Assembly: GCA_964416445.1 (NCBI GenBank)
Contig: CAYQEE010000006.1
Coordinates: forward strand, 21,230 to 85,229
DNA length: 64,000 nt
Source of the DNA: an uncultured Gammaproteobacteria bacterium
Lineage (GTDB): Bacteria; Patescibacteriota; Microgenomatia; Levybacterales; UBA12049
Reading direction: 5' to 3'
Below are positions 52,428 through 63,197 of this stretch, in pieces. Within the stretch, counting starts at the first letter, position 1; each line of letters begins with the position of its first letter. The position numbers were made by a program, and so were the translations under genes. The notes beneath the pieces were generated by a model, which was not told the DNA's origin, did no database searches, and saw nothing but the letters and a program-made list of their open reading frames with translations.

Positions 52428-52697
52428 ATGCCTTTATCAGCTACACAAAAAAAACAGATTATTGAGGAGTTCCAAACCGTTAAAGGAGATACAGGAAGTC
52501 CAGAAGTACAAATTGCATTACTCACCTATCGAATTAATGCGCTGACTGATCATTTGAAATCGCATGCCCATGATGTACACAGTAGACGGGGACTTTTATC
52601 AATGATTGCAAAACGAAGAAGACTCATTTACTTTTTGCAAAAAACAGATAAGAAACGAGCCACAACGATTGTAAAAAAGATTGGATTAAAGAACTAA
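52428..52697 (+). CDS. rpsO: 30S ribosomal protein S15.
   Basis: The 89-aa protein has LTYRINALTDHLKSHAHDVHSRRGL. Confidence 0.95.
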   Translation: MPLSATQKKQIIEEFQTVKGDTGSPEVQIALLTYRINALTDHLKSHAHDVHSRRGLLSMIAKRRRLIYFLQKTDKKRATTIVKKIGLKN

Positions 52698-52701
52698 ACT
52701 A

Positions 52702-54960
52702 ATGAAACAAACCTCCCTTTCCATTGACGTCGCAGGAAAAAAGCTTACCCTCGAAACCGGTCGACTCGCAAATCAAGCAACAAGTTCCGTTCTTGCACGT
52801 ATGGGTGATACTATGGTGTTAGCAACAATTGTCGCATCACGAAAAGAAACAACATTAGATTATTTTCCATTAAGTGTTGAGTATGTTGAGCGTCTCTATG
52901 CAGGTGGACGTATTAAAGGAAGTCGTTGGGTAAAACGAGAAGGTCGACCAACGGATAACGCTATTTTAACAGGAAGGCTTATTGATCGTTCTATCCGCCC
53001 TTTATTTCCTAAAGAATTTAAAAATGATGTTCAAGTTGTGGTAACGGTATTATCAGTTGATGGAGAAAATGAGCCAGATATTTTATCGATCATTGCTGTC
53101 TCAGCTGCATTAGCAAGTTCGTCAATTCCTTGGAATGGACCAATTGGCGCAATTCGTATAGGCTATGTTACTGAACCAGAAACAGGCAAAGGTGAATTTC
53201 TTATTAATCCCGGCGGTGCTGAGCTTGCCTTATCAGAGCTGGATATGGTGGTTTCTCAGACAAAAGAAAAAACGATTATGATCGAAGCGGGTGCTTTACA
53301 AACTCCTGAATCAGTTGCCCTTGAAGCGGTCAAAAAAGGTCATGAACATACACAACAAATTATTGCTTTCATTGAGAAATTTGTAAAAGAAGCTGGTAGG
53401 GAAAAAATGCCGGTAAAAACAGATTCTGTTTTACTGGAATATGTTGCAAAAATTGAAAAATCATATAAAGCAGATGTCACAAGACTTATTGAACTTCGCG
53501 CAGCCAACGAAGGTGGAGGCTCAGCAGACCAAGATGCAGTTATTGAAAAAATCTATAATGATGAACAGATTGGAAATCCAGGAGTTAATATAGATAAAAA
53601 AATCCTTGCGAAAGCATTAGAGAAAGTATTCTTTAAAATGATTCGGGATAATATTCTGAAAAAAGGGAAACGTCCTGATGGAAGAAAAATTGATGAAATT
53701 CGTCCAATCTCAGTAGAAGTTGGTGTATTACCTCGTACCCATGGATCAGCAATCTTTCAACGAGGAGATACCCAAGTTCTGAGTATTGCCACACTTGGAT
53801 CACCACGTATGGAACAATTGATCGAATCTGCTGAAGGAGAAGAAAAAAAACGGTATATCCATCATTATTCATTTCCTCCATACTCAGTTGGTGAGACAGG
53901 AAGAATTGGTTTTCTTTCTCGTCGTGAAATTGGTCATGGTGCACTTGCTGAACGAGCTTTAGAAGCGGTTATTCCAACACCGGATGTATTTCCTTACACC
54001 ATTCGTATTGTTTCAGAAGTCTTATCATCAAATGGTTCAACCTCTATGGCATCAACATGCGGTTCCACACTTGCTCTTATGGATGCAGGAGTACCTATCA
54101 CTAAGCCAGTTGCCGGTATTGCTATGGGATTGGTCAGTACAGACGATAAATATGTTATTTTGACAGATATTTTAGGTCTTGAAGATTTCTCGGGAGATAT
54201 GGATTTTAAAGTAACCGGAACAGATACTGGGATGACTGCAATTCAATTAGATGTAAAGATCCCTGGACTAACAGTTGAGCAAATTGCAGAAGTATTTGAA
54301 CGAGCAAAAACAGCACGACTTTTTATTCTTGATAAAATGGCTCAAGTAATTCCTGATGCTCGAACAGAAGTTTCTGAATACGCTCCAAAAATTACTATGT
54401 TGAAAATACCAGTTGAAAAAATTGGTGAAGTCATTGGTCCAGGGGGGAAAGTTATTAAAAATATTATTGCGACAACAGGAGCTACCGTTGATGTTGAAGA
54501 TGATGGCTCAGTAAGTATTTCAGGAATTTCAGAAGATCAAGTGAAGCAAGCAGTAAACTGGGTACAAGGATTAACTCGCGAAGTAACTGTGGGTGAAGAA
54601 TTTGATCAAGCAGAAGTAAAACGAATTCTTCCATTTGGTGCATTTGTTGAGTTTCTTCCAGGAAAAGAAGGTATGGTGCATGTATCTCAAATGTCCACGC
54701 AATTTGTGAAAGATCCAAACGATTTTGTACATATCGGACAAAAAGTTAAAGTCCGAGTAATGGAAATTGATCAACAAGGAAGAGTTAACCTTTCCATGTT
54801 ATTTGGTGATGATGCAAAAAAAGAGTTTAGAGGTGGAGGAGATCGTGGAGACAGAGGTGGCAATCGAGGGGAAAGATCACAAAGTTTTGGAAATAAACCG
54901 CAACATCCACTTGCTCGACAATTTCAACGTGAACGAAAAGAACAACGGAATCGATATTAA
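52702..54960 (+). CDS. pnp: Polyribonucleotide nucleotidyltransferase (PNPase) with a C-terminal RGG-rich tail.
   Basis: Two RNase PH domains, KH (GPGGKVIKNI) and S1 are present. The tail is RGGGDRGDRGGNRGER. Confidence 0.95.
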   Translation: MKQTSLSIDVAGKKLTLETGRLANQATSSVLARMGDTMVLATIVASRKETTLDYFPLSVEYVERLYAGGRIKGSRWVKREGRPTDNAILTGRLIDRSIRPLFPKEFKNDVQVVVTVLSVDGENEPDILSIIAVSAALASSSIPWNGPIGAIRIGYVTEPETGKGEFLINPGGAELALSELDMVVSQTKEKTIMIEAGALQTPESVALEAVKKGHEHTQQIIAFIEKFVKEAGREKMPVKTDSVLLEYVAKIEKSYKADVTRLIELRAANEGGGSADQDAVIEKIYNDEQIGNPGVNIDKKILAKALEKVFFKMIRDNILKKGKRPDGRKIDEIRPISVEVGVLPRTHGSAIFQRGDTQVLSIATLGSPRMEQLIESAEGEEKKRYIHHYSFPPYSVGETGRIGFLSRREIGHGALAERALEAVIPTPDVFPYTIRIVSEVLSSNGSTSMASTCGSTLALMDAGVPITKPVAGIAMGLVSTDDKYVILTDILGLEDFSGDMDFKVTGTDTGMTAIQLDVKIPGLTVEQIAEVFERAKTARLFILDKMAQVIPDARTEVSEYAPKITMLKIPVEKIGEVIGPGGKVIKNIIATTGATVDVEDDGSVSISGISEDQVKQAVNWVQGLTREVTVGEEFDQAEVKRILPFGAFVEFLPGKEGMVHVSQMSTQFVKDPNDFVHIGQKVKVRVMEIDQQGRVNLSMLFGDDAKKEFRGGGDRGDRGGNRGERSQSFGNKPQHPLARQFQRERKEQRNRY

Positions 54961-55005
54961 TTTTCTTGTTTGACGAATTTATTAAAAAACCTCATACTAT
55001 AACAC

Positions 55006-56667
55006 ATGGATAAGCAACTATCATTTATTTCTCTTGGTGGAATTGGTAGCGTTACTCGTAATATGTATGTTTATGAATACGGTAACGAAATTCTTCTTGT
55101 TGATTGCGGGCTAGGTTTTGCAGACGAAACCATGCTTGGGGTAGACTTTTTATTACCCGATATTACCTACTTACTCAAAGCAGTCAAAGAGGGAAAGAAA
55201 ATAGTTGGTATGCTTATTACTCATGGTCATGAAGATCACATGGGAGCATTACCGTTTATTCTTCCACAATTGCCAGAATTTCCTATCTATGCTTCTGCAT
55301 TTACTGCAGCATTAGCAAATGAAAAACTTGCCCAATTTAATTTACCGAAAGTGATTCAACAATATCCCTTTCGAAAAGAAATAGTTATCGGAAATTTTAT
55401 TGGAAAATTTTTATATGTTACACATTCAATCCCTGATACTGCTCATATTGTTATCAAAACTCCCGTTGGAATTTTTTATCATGGAAGTGATTTTAAATTT
55501 GATCTCACCCCGTTTGATAAAAAACAAACAGATTTTCAAGGTATTGGTGCAATTGGAGCAGAAGGTGTTCGTTGTTTGCTCTCTGAATGTTTAGGCTCTG
55601 AACGAGAAGGATATACGTTATCAGAAGCTAGTTTGCAGACTCCCTTTGAGGATGAAATGCGTAACTGTCGAGGAAAGTTTATTGTTACGACTTATTCTTC
55701 AAATATCTCGCGAATTAATCAAATTGCTTCCATTGCTCGGAAATTACATCGCAAAGTTGGTTTTGTGGGCAGGTCACTGATGAAAGCAGTCGGAGTTGCT
55801 CGAGAACAAAATTTATTGATGGTAAAAAAAGAGGAAGAGATATCTATTGAAAATTTACGACAATTTAAAGATTCAGACCTTGTCTTATTTGTTGCAGGTA
55901 GTCAAGGACAAGAGAATTCATCATTAACCAGAATTATTAATGGAGAACATAAAAATGTCCAATTACATGGAGATGATGTTATCGTTTTCTCTGCTGATCC
56001 AATTCCAGGAAATGAAATGTCTATTTATGCGTTAGTTGATAATCTTTCAAAAATGGGAATACGAGTGCTTTACTCCGATATCTCTAATCATAAATTTCAT
56101 GTGTCGGGACATGGATCCTCACAAGAGCTCCTCCAACTTATGGCACTCTTAAAACCACAGAACCTCCTTCCTATTAGCGGTACGTTCCGACAAATGGCTG
56201 CATATAAACGGTTAGCGAAACGATATGGATATCACGAAAGAGATATTCTTGTCCCTTTAAGTGGTCAACAAGTTATTTTTACGAAAGATAGTACCTATTT
56301 CGGGCAAAAATTGCCAATAAAACATGTCTATGTTGATGAGGTGAGCGGTGAAGAAATTGAGCAATTTGTTTTACGAGATCGACAAAAAATTTCTCAAGAA
56401 GGAGTTGTTGCCGTTATTATTGAAGTTGATGAAGAAAGTGGATCATTTGCTGGTAAGCCTGAAGTAGTTGCAAAAGGATTTGCCATGAAAGATGCACAAA
56501 ATATTGAGTTACTTATTCCCCAAGTTTTAGAACGTGTGTTTTCTAATCCTAAACCAGTAACGGACTGGCAATATCTTCGAAAGCAAGTTCGTGAAGCTGT
56601 TGAGAAAAAACTTTTCGCTGAATTTAAAAGACGTCCACTTGTTTTACCAGTAATTATTGAAATATAA
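55006..56667 (+). CDS. rnj: Ribonuclease J.
   Basis: The MBL motif HGHEDHMGALP, a beta-CASP domain and the RNase J C-terminal domain are present in 553 aa. Confidence 0.88.
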   Translation: MDKQLSFISLGGIGSVTRNMYVYEYGNEILLVDCGLGFADETMLGVDFLLPDITYLLKAVKEGKKIVGMLITHGHEDHMGALPFILPQLPEFPIYASAFTAALANEKLAQFNLPKVIQQYPFRKEIVIGNFIGKFLYVTHSIPDTAHIVIKTPVGIFYHGSDFKFDLTPFDKKQTDFQGIGAIGAEGVRCLLSECLGSEREGYTLSEASLQTPFEDEMRNCRGKFIVTTYSSNISRINQIASIARKLHRKVGFVGRSLMKAVGVAREQNLLMVKKEEEISIENLRQFKDSDLVLFVAGSQGQENSSLTRIINGEHKNVQLHGDDVIVFSADPIPGNEMSIYALVDNLSKMGIRVLYSDISNHKFHVSGHGSSQELLQLMALLKPQNLLPISGTFRQMAAYKRLAKRYGYHERDILVPLSGQQVIFTKDSTYFGQKLPIKHVYVDEVSGEEIEQFVLRDRQKISQEGVVAVIIEVDEESGSFAGKPEVVAKGFAMKDAQNIELLIPQVLERVFSNPKPVTDWQYLRKQVREAVEKKLFAEFKRRPLVLPVIIEI

Positions 56668-56718
56668 CAATCTATTCATAGCTAAGATATTCGCCTGGGA
56701 ATAGTAGACAAGCGAAGA

Positions 56719-58890
56719 ATGGTGTTATACTATAGTAATCTGCCTATGGCCAAGAGAAAAAGAAGAAAGAGTAAAGGAAAAGGTGGCTTAACACCGCAAA
56801 AAGGGACCGTGTACGCGATATTCGCGATTGGATTTCTTGGTGCTGGTATTTTAGGATTTGCTTCATTTTTTCTTCATAGTGATTTATTTACGAAAGTATA
56901 TAATCTTCAAAAACAGGATTTTGGTTCACTTGCCTATTTTGCTCCATTGAGCGCCGTTTTATTGGGATTATTATTTTTACGAATCCGTACTGTTTTTTCT
57001 CGGCCCCATATTATCATTGGTTTTGTTCTTTCTTACGTATCGCTTCTCGGATTATTGAAAACAGGAACAGCGGGGCAAACTCTTTTTGGAATTCTTTCGG
57101 AGATGTTAGGTACTTCAGGATCTGATCTTGTCTATTTAGCAGGACTTGTTATAGGTGTTCTTGTCTTACTTGATACGTCCATTGACGAACTTATTGCCTA
57201 TTTCTTTGCTTTTTTGAAGGCAATTGGAAGACTACTTCCCTTAGGCATGTTTAAATCTAAAAAGATGATTGTGAAAGATAATAAGCAACAAGTACCAATG
57301 AAACAAACGAATCCAAAACAAGTTGCTCCTGCGTTTGCCACACCAATAAAAGAACCTCCGGTAATTAATAAAAAAGAAATACCCCAACCAATGGCAATAT
57401 CTGATAAATTAGTAACCAACATTCTTTCTAATACAAAAGGAGGAATTTGGGAATATCCACCATTATCATTATTACAAGAAGTATCTGGATTTAAAGCAGA
57501 ACGTGGTGATATTAAGAAAATAGCGAATGTTATTGAAAAAACATTACAAAGTTTTGGTATTGAAGCACGAGTGGCTGAAGTTAATTTAGGTCCTGCGGTT
57601 ACGCAATATGCATTGGAAATTGCATTAGGAACAAAAGTATCAAAAATTACTTCATTAACAAACGATTTAGCATTAGCAACAGAAGCTCCTACAGGGCAAA
57701 TTAGAATTGAAGCACCCATTCCAGGAAGAAGTCTTATTGGTATTGAAATTCCAAATCGGTCTCTTGAAGTCGTTACGTTAAAAACAATGCTTGCGTCAAA
57801 TACGATGCAGAAAAGTAAATCGAAACTGACTGTGTCCATGGGGCTTGATGTCTCAGGAAATCCTGTGGTAGCTGATTTAGGAAAGATGCCGCACGTACTT
57901 ATTGCGGGAACAACAGGATCCGGAAAATCTGTCGCTATTAACTCGTTTATTACTTCAATGCTTTTTCGTGCTAGTCCATCAGAAGTAAAGTTTATTATGA
58001 TCGATCCGAAGCGAGTTGAATTAACTGGCTATAACGGTATTCCCCATTTATTAACTCCAGTAATTGTTGAATCTGATAAAATTCTTTCTGCATTAAAATG
58101 GGCGATTGCCGAAATGGATCGAAGATATAAGATCTTTGCTGAGCGTGGGGTAAGAAACTTAGAATCGTATAATGAACTATCTGGATTTCAAGCATTTCCC
58201 TATATCGTTATTTTTATTGACGAATTAGCTGATCTGATGTCATACGCACCAGTTGAAGTTGAAGATTCAATTGCTCGACTTGCTCAAATGGCCCGAGCGA
58301 CTGGTATTCATTTGGTAGTTGCAACACAACGTCCTTCTGTAGATGTTATTACGGGTTTGATTAAAGCGAATATTCCTGCTCGAATTGCTTTCAATGTGGC
58401 CTCATTAACTGATTCTCGGGTTATTCTCGATACTCCTGGTGCCGAAAAGTTACTGGGGAGAGGTGACATGTTATATATCCCTCCTGATCAGGCAAAACCA
58501 AACCGTATTCAAGGAGCATTCGTTTCAGAAAAAGAAGTACAGAAACTGGTTGAATATATGAAGCAGAAAAATCCTGTGGTGAATTATACTGAAGAGGTAA
58601 CCTCACAACCAATTCTCATTAAAAAAGGGACAGGAGCAACTTCATCGGCAAAGACAGGTGATGACGCTCTCGTTGAAGAAGCTATTCGAATTGTTTGCCA
58701 GTACGATAGTGCATCAGCGTCACTTTTGCAACGAAAACTTTCCTTGGGGTATGCACGAGCAGCTCGCATTCTTGATCAACTAGAAGAGCTTGGTGTTATT
58801 GGTCCAGCTCAGGGATCAAAACCGCGTGACGTGCTGCTCCGAAATGCTGAAGAAGCAATTCAAAATATTCAAGCACAGACTACTCCATAA
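56719..58890 (+). CDS. ftsK: DNA translocase FtsK/SpoIIIE.
   Basis: N-terminal TM helices, Walker A GTTGSGKSV, and a C-terminal gamma winged helix are present. Confidence 0.92.
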   Translation: MVLYYSNLPMAKRKRRKSKGKGGLTPQKGTVYAIFAIGFLGAGILGFASFFLHSDLFTKVYNLQKQDFGSLAYFAPLSAVLLGLLFLRIRTVFSRPHIIIGFVLSYVSLLGLLKTGTAGQTLFGILSEMLGTSGSDLVYLAGLVIGVLVLLDTSIDELIAYFFAFLKAIGRLLPLGMFKSKKMIVKDNKQQVPMKQTNPKQVAPAFATPIKEPPVINKKEIPQPMAISDKLVTNILSNTKGGIWEYPPLSLLQEVSGFKAERGDIKKIANVIEKTLQSFGIEARVAEVNLGPAVTQYALEIALGTKVSKITSLTNDLALATEAPTGQIRIEAPIPGRSLIGIEIPNRSLEVVTLKTMLASNTMQKSKSKLTVSMGLDVSGNPVVADLGKMPHVLIAGTTGSGKSVAINSFITSMLFRASPSEVKFIMIDPKRVELTGYNGIPHLLTPVIVESDKILSALKWAIAEMDRRYKIFAERGVRNLESYNELSGFQAFPYIVIFIDELADLMSYAPVEVEDSIARLAQMARATGIHLVVATQRPSVDVITGLIKANIPARIAFNVASLTDSRVILDTPGAEKLLGRGDMLYIPPDQAKPNRIQGAFVSEKEVQKLVEYMKQKNPVVNYTEEVTSQPILIKKGTGATSSAKTGDDALVEEAIRIVCQYDSASASLLQRKLSLGYARAARILDQLEELGVIGPAQGSKPRDVLLRNAEEAIQNIQAQTTP

Positions 58891-58951
58891 CTTCATTCTC
58901 TCAGTTATATAAATATTTCAAAAATTGCTTTGAGAGAGTACAATAGTAGCT

Positions 58952-59581
58952 ATGATCTCAGTGGGACAAAGACTGTCACAAGAACGTTTATCAAAGAAAT
59001 TATCCATTGAGGAAGTGGCGAAAGCAACAAAAATTAGACCCAAATTTATTCAAGCGCTTGAAAAAGGGGAATATAACAAGCTCCCTTCAAGTGCGTATAT
59101 TCAAGGATTTATTAAAAACTACGCAGAATTTTTAGGACTTCCTAAACGAGAAATTTTAGCATTGTTTCGACGAGAGTTTGATGAACGCGAATTCCTAGGA
59201 GTGTTGCCAGATAGTTTTGCAAGAAAGAAGTTCGTTTTCTCAGGTTTCCGATTGCGAACAACGACACTACTTATTATTGCTGGTCTTATCTTTGTTGGAG
59301 GGTTTCTTTTTTTTGCCTATCGTGCAGCATTCTTTAACCCACCACTCTCAATTATTTCTCCTCAAGAAAATGCTGTTGTGAATGCGCAAACAGTAACAAT
59401 TACTGGAAGAACAGATCCAGACACTTCAGTAACTATTGACGATACGCCTGTCTTTATTGACAGAAATGGTGTTTTCAAGAAAGATATTATGGTATTCACT
59501 GGTCCTCGGACTATAACTATTAAAGCAATGAATAAGTTTGGGAAAAAATCACAAGTACTTCGTCATATTATGGTAAAATAA
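58952..59581 (+). CDS. RodZ-like protein (XRE-type HTH, single TM, C-terminal beta domain).
   Basis: The N-terminal HTH (LSIEEVAKATKIRPKFIQALEKGEY), a TM helix (LLIIAGLIFVGGFLFFA) and a DUF4115-like C-terminus are present. Confidence 0.7.
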   Translation: MISVGQRLSQERLSKKLSIEEVAKATKIRPKFIQALEKGEYNKLPSSAYIQGFIKNYAEFLGLPKREILALFRREFDEREFLGVLPDSFARKKFVFSGFRLRTTTLLIIAGLIFVGGFLFFAYRAAFFNPPLSIISPQENAVVNAQTVTITGRTDPDTSVTIDDTPVFIDRNGVFKKDIMVFTGPRTITIKAMNKFGKKSQVLRHIMVK

Positions 59582-59627
59582 TTTTTTGTTATTGACAGAA
59601 ATTAAATTCTTAGCGTAGTATACATAT

Positions 59628-59912
59628 ATGGACCCTGCCCAAATACTCCTATTATCTGTTGTCATCATCTTAAGTTTTCTCTTGCTTATTTTAGGTATTC
59701 AAGTTTTTTTAATTCTCAAAGAATTTCGAAGGACAATTGGTAAGGTAAATAGAATTTTAGATGATGCAGCAGCATTAACGGAAAGTATTTCATCTCCTAT
59801 TGAGAATTTTTCCAGTGTTCTGGGAGGAATAAAAACAGGACTTTCGTTAGTTAGTATGTTTAAAGGAAAAAAAAGAGGTCAAAAAGGAGAAGAAGAGGAA
59901 ATCAATGGATAG
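59628..59912 (+). CDS. DUF948-like small membrane protein.
   Basis: The 94-aa protein has an N-terminal TM helix and a charged C-terminus. It overlaps the next YtxH-like gene. Confidence 0.45.
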   Translation: MDPAQILLLSVVIILSFLLLILGIQVFLILKEFRRTIGKVNRILDDAAALTESISSPIENFSSVLGGIKTGLSLVSMFKGKKRGQKGEEEEING

Positions 59913-60207
59913 GGATCATAAACATCATAATCAAAATTCAGGGTTCTCCAACGGGTTTTTGTTGGGAGCGCTTATTGGTGGAGGGATGGTTTTTCTTCTT
60001 GGCACAAAAAAAGGGAAAGAAGTATTAAAAACACTTACTGAGAATGGATTTGAAGGGGTCGCAGAATTGAGAGAATTATTATCTGACGAAGATGACAGTT
60101 TTATTGAGGAGTATGCTCAAGAAGGAAAAAGTCCTGTGTCAAAAACAGAAGAAGTAAAAACACCAGCAAAATCATTAAAGCGGTTCTTCAGAGGCGTAAA
60201 ACGGTAA
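59905..60207 (+). CDS. YtxH-domain protein.
   Basis: The GFLLGALIGGGMVFLLGTKKGKE motif is present. Confidence 0.55.
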   Translation: MDRDHKHHNQNSGFSNGFLLGALIGGGMVFLLGTKKGKEVLKTLTENGFEGVAELRELLSDEDDSFIEEYAQEGKSPVSKTEEVKTPAKSLKRFFRGVKR

Positions 60208-60235
60208 CTATTTCATCTTTCTTTTATTCTCAGTC

Positions 60236-61195
60236 TTATTGTATGTATTTTGATATATTTGCATTATGTTCCTCAAGTGTCTTTGCAAAATGCAATTTTC
60301 CGCTACTATCTGAGACATAATATAAATAGCTTGTTTGTGGTGTATTCAATACCGCTTGAAGGGCATAGCTTCCCGGGTTTGAGATTGGAGTTGGAGGTAA
60401 TCCAGGGTTGACATAAGTATTATATAAAGAGTTTATCTTTAAATCATCTAATGTAAGCGTTTTTTTCCACCAACTTTTTTCTTTTGGTTGATACCCTAAT
60501 GCATATTGCACTGTTGCATCAACTTCAAGAGGCATACCTATTGTCATTCTATTTTCAAGGACTGACGCAACAAGCTTCATATCACTCTCTGTTTTTCCCT
60601 CTCGTTGTACGATTGATGCAAGAGTAACAACCTGATCTTGAGTAAGTTTTGATGCAGTATGCGCAGTAGCTTGTTGATATTTTGTCGTAAAATTATTTTT
60701 CATTGCTGTCATTATGGTATTCAGATCAGCGTCTTTTGGTAATAAATAAGTGTCAGGGAAAAGGTATCCTTCTTGTGCAGTGAGGGTATTATCCCAACTT
60801 GGTTGGTACGTTGATACTTTATTTTTTAAGATCGCTGCAATTTCAGTTGCTCTAATTCCTTCAGGTATAGTTATCCAAATATCAACTGTACCATGGGTTA
60901 ATGCTTCAGCAATATCTGCGGAGGACATAGAAGGAGATAACTGGAAATTACCCGCTTGAATTTTGCCATCAAGTCCTTTTTGTTTAATAATTAAAAAGAA
61001 GACAATTGGATCTCGAATAAGGTTTGCCCGTTTTAGATCATAGCCAATATCTCGAATATTTTGTTGGGGATGAACAATAAAAGATACTTGAGATTTGTTT
61101 GTTGGATCTGCAGGCCGTTCTCCATTGTTCCACCAAAAGTAAAAACCTAATAACGCGAGAAGAATAAGGATAATGACAATAAATAGCTTTTTCAT
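60236..61195 (-). CDS. mltG: Endolytic murein transglycosylase MltG (YceG family).
   Basis: An N-terminal TM helix and the YceG-like catalytic region (LASIVQREG, YNTYVNPGLPPTPISNPG) are present. Confidence 0.85.
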   Translation of the reverse strand: MKKLFIVIILILLALLGFYFWWNNGERPADPTNKSQVSFIVHPQQNIRDIGYDLKRANLIRDPIVFFLIIKQKGLDGKIQAGNFQLSPSMSSADIAEALTHGTVDIWITIPEGIRATEIAAILKNKVSTYQPSWDNTLTAQEGYLFPDTYLLPKDADLNTIMTAMKNNFTTKYQQATAHTASKLTQDQVVTLASIVQREGKTESDMKLVASVLENRMTIGMPLEVDATVQYALGYQPKEKSWWKKTLTLDDLKINSLYNTYVNPGLPPTPISNPGSYALQAVLNTPQTSYLYYVSDSSGKLHFAKTLEEHNANISKYIQ

Positions 61196-62472
61196 ACAGT
61201 AAGTACGGGAAAGTTCTTAAGTGACATTTTTGCCTCCTGTAAATTATACATGCTTTCACTATATAATGTATAGACTACCTCTCCTTTGTAGACCTTTTCT
61301 GCGATCTTTTTATCTAAATAGATTCCGGATCCTTTTTGATAAGGAGCTCCAAGAATCTTTGCGATGGTAGTGACATTTTTACTATTAATTTCCTGTATCA
61401 TACCGCTTACCTGTGAAGTAATTCCTAGCGAGTATTTTCCTAGTCGGTTTGTTAAATGCGTACTTCTAACTTCGGGATTTCCTTTTTGTGCTTTAATAAT
61501 ATCTTTCATTTTCTGAAGAGCTTTTCCTGAAGTGAGGATATCGTGGGCCCAAGCATAACCATTTTTAAAGAGATGATAAAATTCTTTTTGTTGCGCAGGG
61601 GTTTGACTTTTTACGCATAAATCAAGAAGCGTGCCTGCTAATTCAAGAGCTTTCAATTCTAAATCGAGTGGTCTTTCCTGAGCCTGTTCGAGTACTCGTA
61701 ATGCATCTCTCGTCTCAAGGATAGGACCTATTCCACGACCAGCTGGCTCTAACGTTTCGTGTTTGACAACTTGCAATTGAATTCCAAATTTTTTAGCTAT
61801 ATATAAAAATTTTTGTTCTACAATTGCTGCATCTTTCTTTGTATGTACTTTCATATGTTGTCCAATAGGTAAGTCAATGACGACATGGTTAGATCCGAAT
61901 GCTATTTTTTTAGCCATAATAGAAACAATGAATTTATCATAGCTTTCAAAAAGGAGTGGTTTTTCGACATGAATTAAAACGTCATCTGCCGGAGCGATAT
62001 GGAAACTGCCGCCCCATACAATACAACCATTTGTTTTTTTAACGATTTCAAAGATTTCTTGCTTAGAAAATTCAACATGAGCAATTGTTTCCATATCGTC
62101 AGCTGTCCCATCGGGAGTCGTGATTGCTCGGGATGAACTTTTGGGAATGGTAAATCCTGCGGCTGCGATAATGGGAATAATGATCAATGTTGTTCGTGTT
62201 CCTGGAACACCACCAACCGAATGTTTATCTGCGACAATTCCAGGGAAATGTAATGACTCGCCAGTTTCTACCATTGCTCTTGTGAGAAAATAAAGTTCCT
62301 CATCAGTGAATCCTTTCGAATATCCTGAAGCTGCAAAATACGTTGTAAGAATATCACCAAGCTTGTTATGTGCAATCTCATCCATTACCGCATAAATCTC
62401 TTTGTAGGTGAGTTGTTTGCCAAGCAATTTTTTCCGAATTGTTTCAAGTGCTAATTCTTTTTGATCGATCAT
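61192..62472 (-). CDS. Thymidine/pyrimidine-nucleoside phosphorylase family protein (possibly AMP phosphorylase).
   Basis: The phosphate-binding motif DKHSVGGVPGTRTT (DKHSTGGVGD-like) is present in a 426-aa protein. Confidence 0.75.
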   Translation of the reverse strand: MIDQKELALETIRKKLLGKQLTYKEIYAVMDEIAHNKLGDILTTYFAASGYSKGFTDEELYFLTRAMVETGESLHFPGIVADKHSVGGVPGTRTTLIIIPIIAAAGFTIPKSSSRAITTPDGTADDMETIAHVEFSKQEIFEIVKKTNGCIVWGGSFHIAPADDVLIHVEKPLLFESYDKFIVSIMAKKIAFGSNHVVIDLPIGQHMKVHTKKDAAIVEQKFLYIAKKFGIQLQVVKHETLEPAGRGIGPILETRDALRVLEQAQERPLDLELKALELAGTLLDLCVKSQTPAQQKEFYHLFKNGYAWAHDILTSGKALQKMKDIIKAQKGNPEVRSTHLTNRLGKYSLGITSQVSGMIQEINSKNVTTIAKILGAPYQKGSGIYLDKKIAEKVYKGEVVYTLYSESMYNLQEAKMSLKNFPVLTV

Positions 62473-63197
62473 AATTGTTCAATACGTGATTTAATAATCA
62501 GTCTTTTCCATACAGTTCCTGGAGGTGTACAGGTAATAATAGTAAGATAACTGTCGTCAAAAGTTTGGTCAAGCGGTGATGTATCTGTCGGATCAACAAT
62601 AGTTATTGAAAATATTTTATATGTGTAGGTAATGTTCGCAACGTTAACAAGAATTTCATCTCCAATTTGTAATTGGTGGACATTCGCAAAAATGGTATGG
62701 TAATTACCAGGCTGATATAGTGCAGGAAGCGTGGAATGTCCTTCAATAACAGTATTTCCTTTATCAGGAGGAACCGGCGTACCGGGGACATTAACAAGAT
62801 GTTGTCCTAAATCAGTATCTCGCGTTGAAACAATTGCATTAGCTATCCCAAGTCGTGGAATAGAGATTGCATATGATGCAATTCTTGCATTCATTGTTTT
62901 GTAAATATAACTCGGAAACCAGTTTCGAGCATCATCAAGGTTTCCTCCGCCTAGAGCTTGTACTTGCGAACTCAATAAACTTTGAATGCTTCCTGGGGTA
63001 AGCAGTGAATACTGGGGAATGGGAATAGCGATTTTCTCAGACGCAAATGCTGGAGATAAGGTAAATTGCCATATAATTATTGGTGTAAAAATATAGAGGA
63101 ACATGGCGAGTCCGATGAACGTCAGTACCACTCCAAAGAGACGAATAAGTAACTTTTTGTTTATTTTTTTTGTTTTTTTATAGTAAACTTTATTCAT
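62469..63197 (-). CDS. Sortase-family transpeptidase.
   Basis: An N-terminal TM anchor, catalytic His (VIEGHST), the TLITC-type motif LTIITCTP and a downstream Arg are present. Confidence 0.85.
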   Translation of the reverse strand: MNKVYYKKTKKINKKLLIRLFGVVLTFIGLAMFLYIFTPIIIWQFTLSPAFASEKIAIPIPQYSLLTPGSIQSLLSSQVQALGGGNLDDARNWFPSYIYKTMNARIASYAISIPRLGIANAIVSTRDTDLGQHLVNVPGTPVPPDKGNTVIEGHSTLPALYQPGNYHTIFANVHQLQIGDEILVNVANITYTYKIFSITIVDPTDTSPLDQTFDDSYLTIITCTPPGTVWKRLIIKSRIEQL

